DNA of 64,000 bases, taken from the NCBI RefSeq assembly GCF_002113885.1, contig NW_018404269.1, positions 744,028 to 808,027 on the forward strand. Reading direction: 5' to 3'. This DNA is from Mizuhopecten yessoensis (taxonomy: Eukaryota). The notes under the pieces were generated by a model. That model saw only the letters and a program-made list of their open reading frames with translations, made no database searches and was not told the DNA's origin. The position numbers and the translations under genes were made by a program. Below are positions 29,618-44,300 of this stretch, piece after piece (within the stretch, counting starts at the first letter, position 1; every line of letters starts with the position of its first letter).

Positions 29618-30151
29618 GCTTGTTGTCGCTTGTTATCACAACGACGGTTACGGTAATGTAATAATAATCGTGCGGTGCTAGAAATATTTTTGAGATGACC
29701 CTTTTGGAGTGTGTTGCTTCCGGCTCATCCGGATCCGGTATCGTATACTGGAGGGGTCGAAAGATCAGCTGGTAGCCTAACGGTTTCGTTTATATTATTT
29801 AGTGGTATGGAAACGTCTTATATTTTTTATGTGACTGAGATTTTTTGTTTGTTTGTTAATTCGGTGACCTCATCTAGCTCTTGCAACTTGCAGTAACTTT
29901 TTACAGTTAGGCCTAAGTTAGGTATCTTTCAAGACGTGACAGTTTGCAGACTGACTTGTAAACAAGACGCTGGGCGTAATGTTTATTATAAACTTATAAA
30001 CTTGGACACTGTTTATTATATATTTTTACATGTGGAAAAACGTAATTATCTATTTGTTTAAAACATATCTCCGAATGCTTTCTACCTCTCGATCTTGGTT
30101 AACACAAGTGAAGATATTGATCGATCAGACGATTTACAGGATAGGACAGAA

Positions 30152-30759
30152 GATTTATGGTTATATCGGCCCAAGGTAAAAACGGCCTCGATTTACCCAA
30201 GTGAAATCGGCCCAAGGTAAAATTGGCCCTATGTATACATGGAATATACATAAATGTTATAATAATCCATTTCTTTGGGTTTCATTTATATATCAACCTC
30301 TGAACATATATATTTAAATTAATAAATTCCTTTCTGCATTTCCTTGTCTCAGTCGCGAGTTCCACAAGGGGAGGTAACCTGTACTAATGTAATCTGTTAT
30401 ATACGTCGCGTATGATAGTTATCATTTTGTGTGTAATCTGAAACACTGACATTATATAATTAGATTTAATTATTCGAATGATTTTTTTTATATGATTAAT
30501 GAGGAAGTTAGCCAATGCATACAGTCTGGTAGGCGAACATCATTGTTTGTGAAAGGCAATAAAAACAAAACAACAACACCAGTACGTAATTAAATAAATC
30601 CTTAAATGTATTTATTTAAATATAATTCTACTTATAAATGTATAAATCCCATGTATTCAACATATAGATACATAGTAGGGCCGATTTTAACTTGGGCCGA
30701 TTACACTTGGGTAAAATAGGCCTGGCTGATATTACCTTGGGCCGATATAACCAAATACC
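30152..30759. mobile_element. MITE with subterminally repeated TIRs and 9-bp TSD
   Basis: GGTTATATCGGCCCAAGGTAA...TTACCTTGGGCCGATATAACC; AGGACAGAA at both 30143-30151 and 30760-30768. Confidence 0.85.
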
Positions 30760-32385
30760 AGGACAGAATCTAGTCCGATTATTCTGACGTTTTATCGACT
30801 TTAAAAAATAAAAAAAAGTCGATAAAACGTCCGAATTACAGAATCGGGAGACGATTTACAGGATCGGGGCAGGATCGGACTAAACAGTGAATATCTAATT
30901 ATTCTTATCGGGTATAATTTGATATATAATTATTTGATAAAAGAATTGCAAATTATAATACAGGATCGGACCAGATTATAAATATTTTTAATAAATTATC
31001 CTTATCGGGTATAAGCACGCCTGTGCCCTGTGGGCTTGTTGTCCGGTCCCCTTCCCCACTAATTACAGGCCCCCTGTGGCAATACGCTTATCGTGCAACT
31101 GACCAGTGGGGTCATTGATGGACTTGGGTCAGCCGTGTGATTTAATCAGTGTCAATTTCTTGTGTAAAAAGACCACCTTCTGTTCAGTACAAATAACAAG
31201 GTGATACGGTTCACAGTTTAAGGTGATACGGGTCAATTAAGCTGATACGGCAGGGAGGATTTCAAACTGAAGCTGATACGGAGCCGTATCAGCTAAATGG
31301 CCTGGGGAGAACCCTGCACGGACTTACTCTAATCTAATTCCATGGTATAAGATGTATTTGATAAAAAATTGCTGTTCGGCAAAATTACTCATTGTCTACT
31401 AAATTAGAAAAAATGTTTAGATAATTCTATATGCTATGTATGTTATAAAATTGATTTAGCTTATTGGTGAGGAAGCTTGAAATATTACTTATATCAAACA
31501 AGTAACATCCCTTTTAACCCTATACTATATATAATTTGTTTATAGACTGTAAGGTGGCAGTACCCAAATCGGATCGGTACCCAAATCGGATCACTTTTTG
31601 CAAAAATACTTATAAATAAATAAATGTGCCAACAAATCAGTTATAACAATGATGTTGTCTTAGAATAAGATAGCCATGCACCATTTTCTGACTACAGATA
31701 ATTAGTTTTTAAGTTCAAATAGCGCAAGAAAACGTAATTCAAACTCAAATGTCAATGTTTTGATTACGTTTTTAAAAAATGGCGTGTGCGACGACTATGC
31801 ACTATGTTTTGGACTATAGGAATAAATTCACTCTATAGAAATACTTTTTTTCACATAAATTCTAAAGGTCATCATAAAATGTTAATATGCTGACAAAAAA
31901 ATATTTATTTGAAGCGTACGATACTGCAAAATTCAAGCCGTGATCCGATTTGGGTCCCGACATTCGCAAAAACAGGACATCATAGTTTATGTTTGATGTA
32001 ATTTTATTTGACCTCACACATTTAAGTGTATGAGAGAGTTAGTCAAAACAAAGCTAAATAGAAAGCAGATTAATTACAGTAGCTTTGCATTGTCCACGGT
32101 TTTGGAAGAAACTTGCTTCTGGGAGATCAGAAGATGAACGTTATATAATGTTTAATTTATGTCAAATGCAATATTATTTAATACGATACATACTTCTCAA
32201 AACTATGTTTACATGAGGACAGTATACATTTTATTTCATCAAATCTGTAAACAGTTTTAAAAAAAGTTGACTTTTTTTGCCGTTTGTCTTTTTTTGCAGA
32301 CCAAGGATATCCTGTTTCCCCTCTGCGATAGTATTGTGTGCACTGTTTTAATTTTACGACCAACACCAATCAAGTGCTATCTAGG

Positions 32386-35300
32386 ATGGTGGAGGTCACA
32401 TTCAGAGTTAGGGCAGTCACAGACCCTGGACAGATTGTGTGTGTTGTTGGGAACAACAAGACACTGGGTCAGTGGAATCCACGCTGTGCTGTTAGTCTGA
32501 GCCAGGAAGCTAAGTGAGTTGAAGAATATGCTATATATTGTGTTTATCATACAATGCCATGTGAGGATGTCAGTGTTATTTTGTCAACACATTCTATTAA
32601 CTAGAGGTGTTGTTATGTCTTGTTACAGTTTAATGAAACTAGGGATGAATTGTTTTTAGAAATAAAGTTTTTCCTGTAAATCTGGTAATTTTACCAAATA
32701 TACAATAACATATTAGGTTGATAAATCAGCTTAAATTTTGTGGACTATTCAAAAGTGAATAGTGAATCCCCAGGACCCCGCTATTGAATGCTCTTTTCCA
32801 GCTGGCTCAATGCCATTTTATTATTCCTGCAATATACAACTTGCAAGCTTGTGTAGTATAATTACGTAGTACTAAGTCTTCATATAGTTACCTTTTATAT
32901 GTTACTGAATTTGTACTGTTGTACACTATAAAGTCTGGTATGTTACATTTTTACATATTTAATTCCTCTCCCATATTTTTATACATGGACTCCATAGATA
33001 TAGACCCTAAGGTTTCTTGCAAGTAATAATGGTGTTAATAACAGTAAAATATTGTGTACATTATTTTTACCTGGTGTATATAACTGAGCTGTCTGTTACA
33101 GTGACCTTTGGAGTTGCTGTATAACCTTGGACTTAAAAGAGGACATATTGTATAGGTACATGGTATGCCATGGTAGGGAATCGCATCAAAATAGCCACAC
33201 CATGCAAGTGATCAGATGGGAGGCCAACATAAAACCAAGAATTTTATCTTCAAAAGGTATAATAAGGCAGACACAAGCATTCACTTCGCTGTATGATGTT
33301 GTGAAATTACGGTTTGTTACATACATAGTTGATGATAAAATGAATGGTTTCAGAACTTAAAGGGTCGTTCATTCTTCACTTTAGTGTCGAGTAATGTAAA
33401 AAAAATCAGGTTATATGGTCAATGCCGGGGTCCAAAATATTCAAAGTTTGATATTTTTTTATTGCCTTTATTTTACTTGCAATCATCAAAGTTGGTATGC
33501 TGGTACATCTTGGAAAGACAGAGTGTCACATAAAAAAGTAAGTCACCATGACCTACATTTTGACCTTTGACCTAAATTAAAAGTCTGAAGCATATCTCCC
33601 ACATTATTTCATCTGCAATCATTAAAGTTGGTATGCTGATACATCTTGAGAAGACAAAGTGTCATGTTAGCAGATTATAATAAAAAAATCCCTGCCTATC
33701 TCGATAAATTTAGTCCTCATTTTAGCAGGGGAGGGGTGTATTGGCAACATGCTGCAATCTTGCATTTTCCAGATTTACATTGATTTCCTAACAGCTCTTA
33801 GTTCAAGTAAACTGAAGTATTTTTTTTTTAATTTGATTTCAGATTATGCAGAAGAGACAAGAAAGTTTGCCTCAGGCACTGCTGTATTTGGAGAATATGG
33901 TAGGCAGTGTCATTATTTCCCAGAACTAATTTAGTCCCAATAAGGTAATCTTAGTCCATTTAGAGAGTTGATTATTTACCTTTATCATATAAAAAGAACA
34001 TGATTTTTTTATAAGATGCTTCAATTTGTGAATAGCTAATGCTCCCTAAAAATTTGGGAATAATTTTAGCTTCCCCAAAAAATAAAATTTCTGAGCAAGG
34101 GCAAGAATATGTGCCCATGAAGTAATAAGGTTGACCATGGTGATTTCTTGCATTTAGTACTAATTATGGTTGATCACAACAATATCTGCAATCAAGCACT
34201 AAGGTTGATCATGGTATTTTTGTGTAAATATGTGTGGTTATCACCTTTAAAAAGAACTCGGAAGCAGGAGTTATGCTGAAATAGTTTATATCTTTTTTTT
34301 CCCCAGAAAAAACTGATAATATTGTGAATAATGGATGGTTGATGAACCATACAGAGATCCACTTAGAACTGAGGGACAATCCGATACAGATGCTGAGCTC
34401 TCGGCACCAACAGCAGACGTACCGAGTCAAGTGTACACCTCTAGACTACACACACAGCAACGATATAAAGGTCACTTCACTGTCGGCTGGTCACCCGATT
34501 AGTTCCCTGTTACACTGGTGCTACCATGTTGTACTTGAAACGTACCAAATTTTCTGTAAATAGTCGAAATTAACACCGAGATATTACTATATGTCTGGCC
34601 CTGCACAAATGTTTTTAGAGAAAAAAATAGTGACTGCTTTTTTTATATTTCACAAACAGTCATATGAAAATTAATTTAACTTAGACAAGTAACAATTGTA
34701 TCAGGAATTACAGAGGATAAAAATATCTAATATAAATTCAATTATTTAAGAACCTATTCTGGGAATTGAACAAATGCTTTTCAATCAGCACCTCAAGTTT
34801 GATATGCTGACAAATGCTAGATGGCCTGGCATATTGTTTCTCACCAGTTATACAATTCCATTAACCCTTTCACCACTGTAGACCATAATGGACTCTTTCA
34901 GATCAATGCATGGTAGAGTCTACTAAAGTTACATAGGGGTGAAAGGGTTAACCTGTTTTTTCACAAATAAATAACTTGACCTGTATTTCTGTTGATACAC
35001 AGAATGGCCATGATGCTGATGATGAAGAGCCTGTTCATGCTACATCATCACAGTCAGTAATCTCTGTAGCAGTAAGTATGCTTCCCTTCCTCTCTCAACT
35101 TCGTCATGTTTTGTTATGATCCCATTCCTATATCTTGCTCCACTTGCCCCTAACCATCAATATGATCATCCTCATTTTAATTCTCTCTCATTCTATCTTC
35201 CTCTCTCACCATTCTCATACTCTCTCACTGAAGTCTGACTCTGACTTTCTCACCCAATCCTTCCTCACCTCACCCCACCAAAATACCTCACCCCTAAGCA

Positions 35301-38300
35301 CAAACTATCTCACTCAATCCTTCCTCACCTCTCCCCACCAAAATACCTTACCCCTAACTACAAACTATCTCACCCAATCCTTCCTCACCTCTCCCCACCA
35401 AAATACCTTACCCCTAACTACAAACTATCTCACCCAATCCTTCCTCACCTCACTCCACCAAAATACCTCACCCCTAAGTACAAACTATCTCACCCAATCC
35501 TTCCTCACCTCTCCCCACCAAAATACCTTACCCCTAACTACAAACTATCTCACCCAATCCTTCCTCACCTCACTCCACCAAAATACCTCACCCCTAAGTA
35601 CAAACTATCTCACCCAATCCTTCCTCACCTCTCCCCACCAAAATACCTTACCCCTAACTACAAACTATCTCACCCAATCCTTCCTCACCTCACTCCACCA
35701 AAATACCTCACCCCTAAGTACAAACTATCTCACCCAATCCTTCCTCACCTCACCCCACCAAAATACCTCACCCCTAACTACAAACTATTCCACCTCAACC
35801 TCAACATTTATTATATAGCATTATATAGCATATAAAAAGGATCCACAGTGCTGCGGTAAACAAATGTTTGAAGCTTGTTATTGATAACAAGGTCATTTTG
35901 CCTCAACCATTACTAGTAACTTAGGTAACTGTTCCATTCTTATTCTCACTTCACCATATCTGTCACCCATGTCCTTTCTTTTCCCAGGTCATACTTCACT
36001 CAGTCAGTTGAAGTTCCTCCACCCTGCCTGATCTCCATCCTCTAAGTCTCACCTCCACCTATTCACCTACTGCATAACACCCCACCTAAATTCATTTTCT
36101 CTCACTCAGCACCTTATCCCCATGCTGCACACACCCTCTCATCTTCATTACCGGTTCACTTACTTATCCCACCACATATTCCCCCCATATAACGTCCACC
36201 CAGCTCATTTTCGCTTCCTCATTTTTACCACCTTCATTCGATACCTATTAACCACAACCTCTCACTTCATGTTCGTCCTCCATCCCAGCTCGCTCTGGCT
36301 CATGTATTGTTCAAAATAATTTCTAAATAAGTCTTACATTTTTTGTGTTTCTACAGTTATGTGTTCGTGTCGCTTACATGTTTAAAAAGGTTTATACCTA
36401 TAGCTTAAATATTAGGTAATACACATATACATGTATGTACCAGTGTGTATTATGAAAGTGATATACCAATTTGCCTCATTTCACCTGTGCAGTCCCTGAA
36501 GGATGGACAATGTCGGCCATATGCCCAGCCAGAGTGTGGGGAGATGTTTCTCAAGGATGACTTTCTTATATTTACTACTCAGACTACAGATCCAGAAAAC
36601 TTAGTAAGTCTGTTCACTGATAAAAAGTTTTTAAGATTTACAATGTATACAATGTTTAGGAAACAAATTTTGATAAAATGACAAAAGAAAACGTTGAAAT
36701 CCTTTGTTCATTAACCCTTTCACCACTGTAGACCATAATGGACTCATCCAGATCAAAGCATGGAAGAGTTAACTAAAGTTACATAGCGATGAAAGGGTAA
36801 AAAAATAATTTTCAAAATTGAATGTGGAATCCTTCATCAATTTGACTTTTGACTCCAGGGCTTTCAGCTTGATTTTTATGTACATTATGAAGACAAACCT
36901 GCCAAACACATGGGCTATTCCTATATCCTGCCAGTAGACACTAGCACCACCAAGTCATCAAAAGTGATTCCCATTAGTAGCCTTAGTCATAAACCCATCG
37001 GAAAAATCAAAGGTAAGCATAACTTGAACATAGTGTTTGAAAGTCCAAGGGTTCTTATGATCCTAACTTGAACCTGTTGGATAACTCATTGGTAAATATG
37101 AGTTAAAGTCCAACATAAAGGACAATTTGGACAACTCAGTGGTAAACTAATTGGTTAGCAAGCATGATTACAACATAAACACTGTCCCAGCAGGCAACAC
37201 AAGATTCATCATGACTGCAGGATAAACACATCGGATAACTCAAGTGTTAGCATGATTCAAACAGAAACACAGTAAGAAAGCATGATCACTGACCAAAACA
37301 AAGTCTTTGAAGAAAGTGTCACCATTGTTTGAATATAATTGTACAATTTTGTCTTTCCTTCTCATTACATTTTTTAGATATAGATGTAATAGTTGATTAT
37401 AAAATAGGCCGGCATATATAAGTTACCATGGGTGGCTAATTATGTTCATTTACATAGGGGGCCACGGTGGCCAAGTGGTTAAGGCGTCTGACATTTTTCT
37501 ACCACTAGCCCTTCACCACTGGGTCGCGGGTTCAAGGCCTATGTGGGGCAGTCGCCAAGTACTAGCCGTAGGTCGGTGGTTTTTCTCCGGAAACCCTGGC
37601 TCTCCTCCACCTCCAAAACCTGGCACATCCTTGAATGACCATGGCTGTTAATAGGACGTAAAACACAAACAAACCAAATCATTTACATGATAAATATATC
37701 TATTTCAAATTTACTTTGAAATGAATTTGACACTGTATGTAAACAAACAAGTGAGGTCACTGCCATAAATAAACACAATAGCATGATTCACTACAACACC
37801 AAACAAACTCTCTACAAGTATTTAAAATCTATATATAGTACTATCAAACATATACGGGGAATACAATGACAAAAAGGCACAATCGTACCATCAGTTACCA
37901 GGTACTTGAGCTTTACTCTATATATACAGGTTGCCATTACTTAAGACTGTGTATCGTATACAATTATTGTTGAAATATGAAGACAATATTGGAGAATTAT
38001 GATAATATCTAACTAAAGAGCTGGTGGTCGTAGAATTACTGAAATTTTATTGTCCTAGTGTCCTACTTCGTGGCCAAGCCAGTGCCAGATCTGACAATGT
38101 TGATGGATGTGTCGTACCAGAGTTACTGGGGAAAGGACGCCAAGAGTGTAGATGTGGGACACCGTGGTCTGGGCAGCTCTTACAAACACAAAAAGTATGA
38201 CTCCTCAGACCCTGCTGATTTTGTTGGTTATTGCAATATCTGCGTTTTAACACTCAATATTAATATATACCTGGATCTCTACTGCACACAGTGTATCTGA

Positions 38301-41300
38301 TTTTATTTTATTTTATCACATGCAAGGAAATAAATTGTTGTGCTACCCTTCAGTGCTTGAGTTTCCCCAAGTCTCACTTCGCTCATTCTGGGCCTGTTTA
38401 GAAACATCAATAAGAGTCACCTTGGTTTTTAAGTAACAGTAGTAGATGACAGAAGCACGAAGGCCTGATAATGTTAGTGTTGTGTTATTATTCTGTTATT
38501 TTTTCAGTAATAATAAAGTACGAAACTTTTAGTAGGGAAACATGATTCTTTGTTTGTTCTTGATTAATTTCATTTAGGCTTTGCCCTTGTGAAACATGAT
38601 TAATCATGCGAAAACATAGACCATAGACTGCTTTTGAAGATGACCCTGTACATCTGACATCTGCTAGCAGTATAACTGTCTCCTGATGATCAATTTGTTA
38701 TTGTCTGATATTACTAGTAAGTGGATATTGTTGTCTAATTTCAATGTTGCCTATTGACTTGTAGGGACAAGAGGATTATCTTGTAATACATTGCTTTTTT
38801 TCAACAGTTTTTTTTCCAACATTTCAACAAATTTTCTGTTTTGGTCTTATAAGTCATAAATTACTTAAGAAAATTCCAAATATTACTCATGAGATAGTTT
38901 GAACACTTTGCATATATTTTTCTATCAGGCTTGCTGCTGTCCGAGAAAACACAATTGCTTCCCTACAGTCTGCTGGTAGCCATGTAAGTAAACATTATCT
39001 TCCTCTCTCAGATTTGTTGTCAATGATAAAACAGGAGTTATCAAATAAAAACATACCTGTACATTAGGAGCTATCAGACTTACAGCAATGCTTATAACAG
39101 ATATTTAAGCCTTGCATTTGTTTTCAGTTTTCACATTTTAAGTGTCAACTGTATAACTTGATTCTGATGTGAATGGTATTTTTCTGATGACACCACATTG
39201 GGTGTACATATACTGTGGAAGTGACCACAGTATACAAGTAATAATTTGTCACTTATTTCTGGTTAACTTGTGCAAAACCCAATCATTAAAAAAATGAAAT
39301 ATGTATAGCAGTATTGGTATTTGCAATGCTAAAATGTTCACACCACTTACAGCTGGTTTAAGATGGAAACATTATAATTTCTACTATAGTACACTTATGT
39401 GTTATCTTTATGTGTTGGTGATGTGACAACAGGGTGCTGACTACGTGGAGTTTGATGTGATGCTCAGTAAAGATATGGTACCTGTGATATTCCATGACTT
39501 CCATGTTTGCATCACCTACCGAAAGGTACGTCTCAGTTTGTCAAATTACACAAGCTACTGTAAAATTGAATTGATGCTATTTTATGAAAAAATGATATTA
39601 TCTTCTAATTTTGGAGATAAATCAAACAAATCTGTGTAGTAACATCTAGTGAAGTAAAGTACAAGATGTTTACTGTTTCAACACATTCAAGAAATAATTC
39701 AACTTTACCCAGTGCATGTAATTTACATGTCATACAAATGTAGTTTCTTGTTACAATTTAATATTTTCATACATTTTGTTACAAGAAAGCATCAGAAGGG
39801 TTCAAAGCATGTTACTTTGTTATATAATGAGCTAGAGTTGAAGCTACATACCGTGTGATTAGTGTGTATAATGGTCCTCCCAGCAGTATACTTGTTAATT
39901 TTGTGTCTCTATACTCATAACCCCTTACTGATCATGAACACATCACACACTGAGTTGGTTAAAGTTAATGGATTATGATTATATTTCAGAAAAAGAAGGA
40001 ACATCAGTTACTTAAACTGGGGGTCAAAGATCTCAGCGTGTCCGAGTTGCAATCAATGAAGGTAACCAATGCAAATTGAAATTTGTCTCCTGTATGACAG
40101 GAGGGACACTAATTCTGGATATATCTAAAAAGGGAAGTCTTTAAGACATTATTATCTTAATTGGTTCATTTGTTTAAAGTAAAATTAAATTAAAAAAAGT
40201 CAGTTTATTTTTCAATACTTTTACATATATAATTGCTTAAAGTGCAAATTATCAATCATTTCCAATTACTTATTTTACTGAATGCCGTAAACTTAAATTA
40301 AAGATCTGAAAGGAATTAATACCTATTTCATTAAATGAAACATGGCTTTCCATATAGAACATGGAATGTTATTTACACGATTGTTTTGTCTGACAAGGGT
40401 CATTGTAAGATATTTGACAAGTGTTTTTTTCAACAAGGTATCTCCCTATGAAAAACTTGAAAAAAGTAACTAGTAAATAAAACAGAAGGCTATGGTTTAA
40501 ATTATTGCACAGCTGATCAGTATATGACAAAAAACGTGTACAGTAGATATATTAAATGAAGCAATACCAGTATATTACAGTGTAATTACTCTCTGTGACT
40601 GTTGTAGCTTGCTGACAAAACAGCCATTGGTGATGAGGAGCATGGTGAGTCGAAATGTCAATCAGGGAATAGTAACCAAAATACAAAATGTATACAGTAT
40701 TATTTTGTACTCAAGAATCATAATTGATTCAAAATATCAATTAATAAGCAGGGTCTTATTGCCAACCAAAATGTGAAAAAAATCCAGACTGTTTGTACAC
40801 GTTAAAAATAAATGAAAAATAAATAAAAACAAAAATAGAAAAATGTTCCTTATTCAGGTACAGTAGTAAGAAAGAAATGGAAAAAAAAAGAGAAAAAAAA
40901 GGAAGATGTTCCTGACATTTAAGTACAGTACTGCAAATGTAACAAAAGAAAACATTTTCAAATTACATCTATTAGCATTTGTATTTGTTTAATATCAGGT
41001 TGTAGTCTTGTCTAGCTATAGTATATTAATGCAATTCTAGTCAGCACTGGTATTTGTAAGCTGGTTGTAACATAGCCATGTACGGTAATCAGTTATATTC
41101 TGTGTGGATCTATAATACTGTGTGTTTGTTGAAGATATTGACGGGGAAGATCTGGACCACATCCATCACCAGCCTTTCCCCACACTACAGGAATGTTATC
41201 AACTTGTAGATGAGAAAATTGGCTTCAATGTTGAAGTCAAGTTTCCTCAGCAGAAAATGGTAGGCCAAGTTGTTTAACAAAGCAGGGTTACAAACTCTCT

Positions 41301-44300
41301 GAACGGTCAGCGCTAACGTCCTCACAAATCTACCACTGTCTGCAAGCAGGCTCTACATGCTTCACAAAATAATGGCATACATGAATTGTTTGTGTGCAGA
41401 AATTCATAAATTTAGCTGTTGTCCAAACAAAATCTAAATATAGAAATCATTGATGAATATGATCCAATTCTTGCACATATATACAAAGGCTGAATAGGAG
41501 TAATTTCAAATTATGTACCTTATTGTTTAGCCCACCATCATCTGATGGTGGGCTATTCAAATCACCCTGCATCCGTGGTCCGTCATTCTGTCCGTCCTTA
41601 AACAATTCTTGTTAACACTATTTCTCAGGGAGTACTGGAGGGGTCGTTCTCAAATTTCACATGAAGGTTCCTCATGGTTCTTAGTTCCGCATTTCGATTT
41701 TTGGGGATGATTGGAAAACCAAACTGGCCGACAGGCAGTCATCCTGTTGCAGTTTAAGTTTGTTATCACTATTTCTTAGAAACAACTGGCGGAATCTTTC
41801 TCGATATGTAGGTTCCCCTTGGTCCTTAGTTGTCCATGTTACTGTTGAGGTTCATCAAAAGACTGATTAAGATGGCAGACAGGCAAACAAATAAAACAGA
41901 TAAGAGAAAAGAAGAGAAAAGATCAAACTGACTTAGAACTAATGAAGATGGTAAGCTGGTGGGTGCCAAGATCCCTCTGGGATCTCTTGTTTCTAAAATG
42001 GAAATTACCATTTAGAAATATCAAAATTTAAGAATGCAGAATAGCAACAACTTTGTATGTATACCATGGCATAGTTCCTTTAATTTAGTGATGGGAGAGG
42101 GATTATCATATCCGTATAATAGTTATAACAACTTAAGGATGAGGAGTGATTTTATATTTTCTTCATAACAGTTTTTCTGATTTTGGAATGACAGTTTAAT
42201 ATTGCAATCGAAGAAAAGGGAGCGATTTTACATTTTTTTTTAGGGACAGGAAGTGGTTTCACGTTTTCTATAATAGTTATTATAATTTAAGGATGGGAAG
42301 TGGTTTCATCTTTTCTATAAATGCTATCATAATTTAAGGATGGGAAGTGGTTTCATGTTTTCTATAATAGCTATCATAATTTAAGGATGGGAAGTGGTTT
42401 CACGTTTTCTATAATAGCTATCATAATTTAAGGATGGGAAGTGGTTTCACGTTTTCTATAATAGCTATCATAATTTAAGGATGGGAAGTGGTTTCACCTT
42501 TGCTATATAACAGTTAATATAATTCAAGGATGGAGAGTTGGAAGATGAACATTTCTGGGACAGGAACGAGTATGTTGACATTGTGCTGAGAAATACCTTT
42601 GAATGTGCTCGCGGTCGTAAAATCATCTTCTCCAGCTTTGACCCCGAGACCTGCCTCCTGTAAGTACACATTCCATTGAAGTCTGTATTGTTATATTGCC
42701 TAAGTTTGGTTTGGTTTAACTTTGTTTAACGTCCTATTAACAGCTAAGGTCATTTAAGGATGTGCATCCATGTGTGTAGTGTGTGTGATTGCGTGTGTGT
42801 ATGCAGGAGAAAGGATATGTTGGTGTGTTTGCCTCCTTGTGATAGCCAGATCTGATGCCGACATTATAGTGCTATTTCACTGAAATACCATGCCGAAGGC
42901 ACCCAGCACAGCATTCCGTCCGGTCATATTATACTGACAACGAGTAAACCAGTTGTTGCCATTCCCCTTGATGCTGAACGTTAAGCAGGGAATAACAACT
43001 ACCATTTTGAGGACTTTGTTATGTCCCGGCCTGGGGACAGAACCCATTGCCTTCCTCACCTGGGCGAACACTCAACATTGCCTAAGTAAATTCTGTCTCA
43101 TGTGACCCAGGCTGTAAGAACGTTAAACCCCAAACATACAAACAAACCTGTGAAAAGTATGGGTTTTGCTGCTATAGATAGTAGATACAATGTAGATACA
43201 CTGTCAAGGCTCCCACTGTGGAAGATACGTATATATCTACATAGGTCAATTGTGAACTTTTGTTTAGGTGAATAGTGATATGGTTATAATATCATGGACA
43301 TAAGAAAGTAATATTGACCGAGACATTCCCTTGCTATGGAGATATATGTTTGTATAATATATGTACTATACAATGTATGAAAAGACAATTTCAATTGTCA
43401 TGGTCATGATCATATATATATACTGTTAATCAAATTTTAGGCATAATCGCACAGTTAAGATTAAGATTGACTATGAGAAAAAATGGTCATTTGAAGTGTG
43501 ATGAATGTTCCTGTTACAGTCTTCGACTCAAACAGAACCGATACCCAGTACTGTTCCTTACCAATGGAGGTGCCAAGTGCTATTTACCTTACAGTGATGT
43601 CCGGGAACAGAGTATGCCCATGGCTATACACTTCGCTCAGTTTGCTGATATTCTGGTAAGATACATATCTGTTCGGTTTCTGCAGTCTATCTTGAATATT
43701 TGTTGACTGATTTGCCATAATTGATGAATTTGTTGTAGATACTGTGAAATCAGATATTTTCGTGGGCCTGGATTTCATGATTTCTTGACGAAACACCGTT
43801 TCATGGGTACAGAAATTTGTGGATTATGAGTACCCATTCAAAGGAAGAATTGATTTTATATCAAACTTGTTAATACCTGGTGTACTTATGAATTTGTTGA
43901 TGAGGAATACCCACGAAATCACGGAAATAAAAAAAACACAACAAAAATTAGTGATTTCACAGTAACTGAACTCTGATTTGTCGATAGTTTCTGAAGGCTA
44001 CAGCAAAACTAATGACGATTTAGCAGGGTTGCGAATTTCTGACTAGTTGATTAAGTGTTCACAGACAAGTTTGAATTGGGACTTTGGACCAATTTTCAAA
44101 CAAATACTGCCAAAAACTCTGAGGCAATTTTTTCAGCACTTTGATTAATGGACCTGACTTAATATTCTTCCTTCAGTTTCCTTGGATTGATTATGATGTG
44201 TTGGCAATCTTCTGTGTTACCAGGGCATTGATGTTTGTACGGAGGTACTATGTACACGGCCAGAAAATATCCAAGAAACCAAGGCAGCAGGACTTGTTTT

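Noticed and set aside
35135-35818. 227-aa mucin-like ORF
   Set aside because: The 60-bp repeat strand lacks G and so has few stops; it is intronic and has no ATG at the annotated start.
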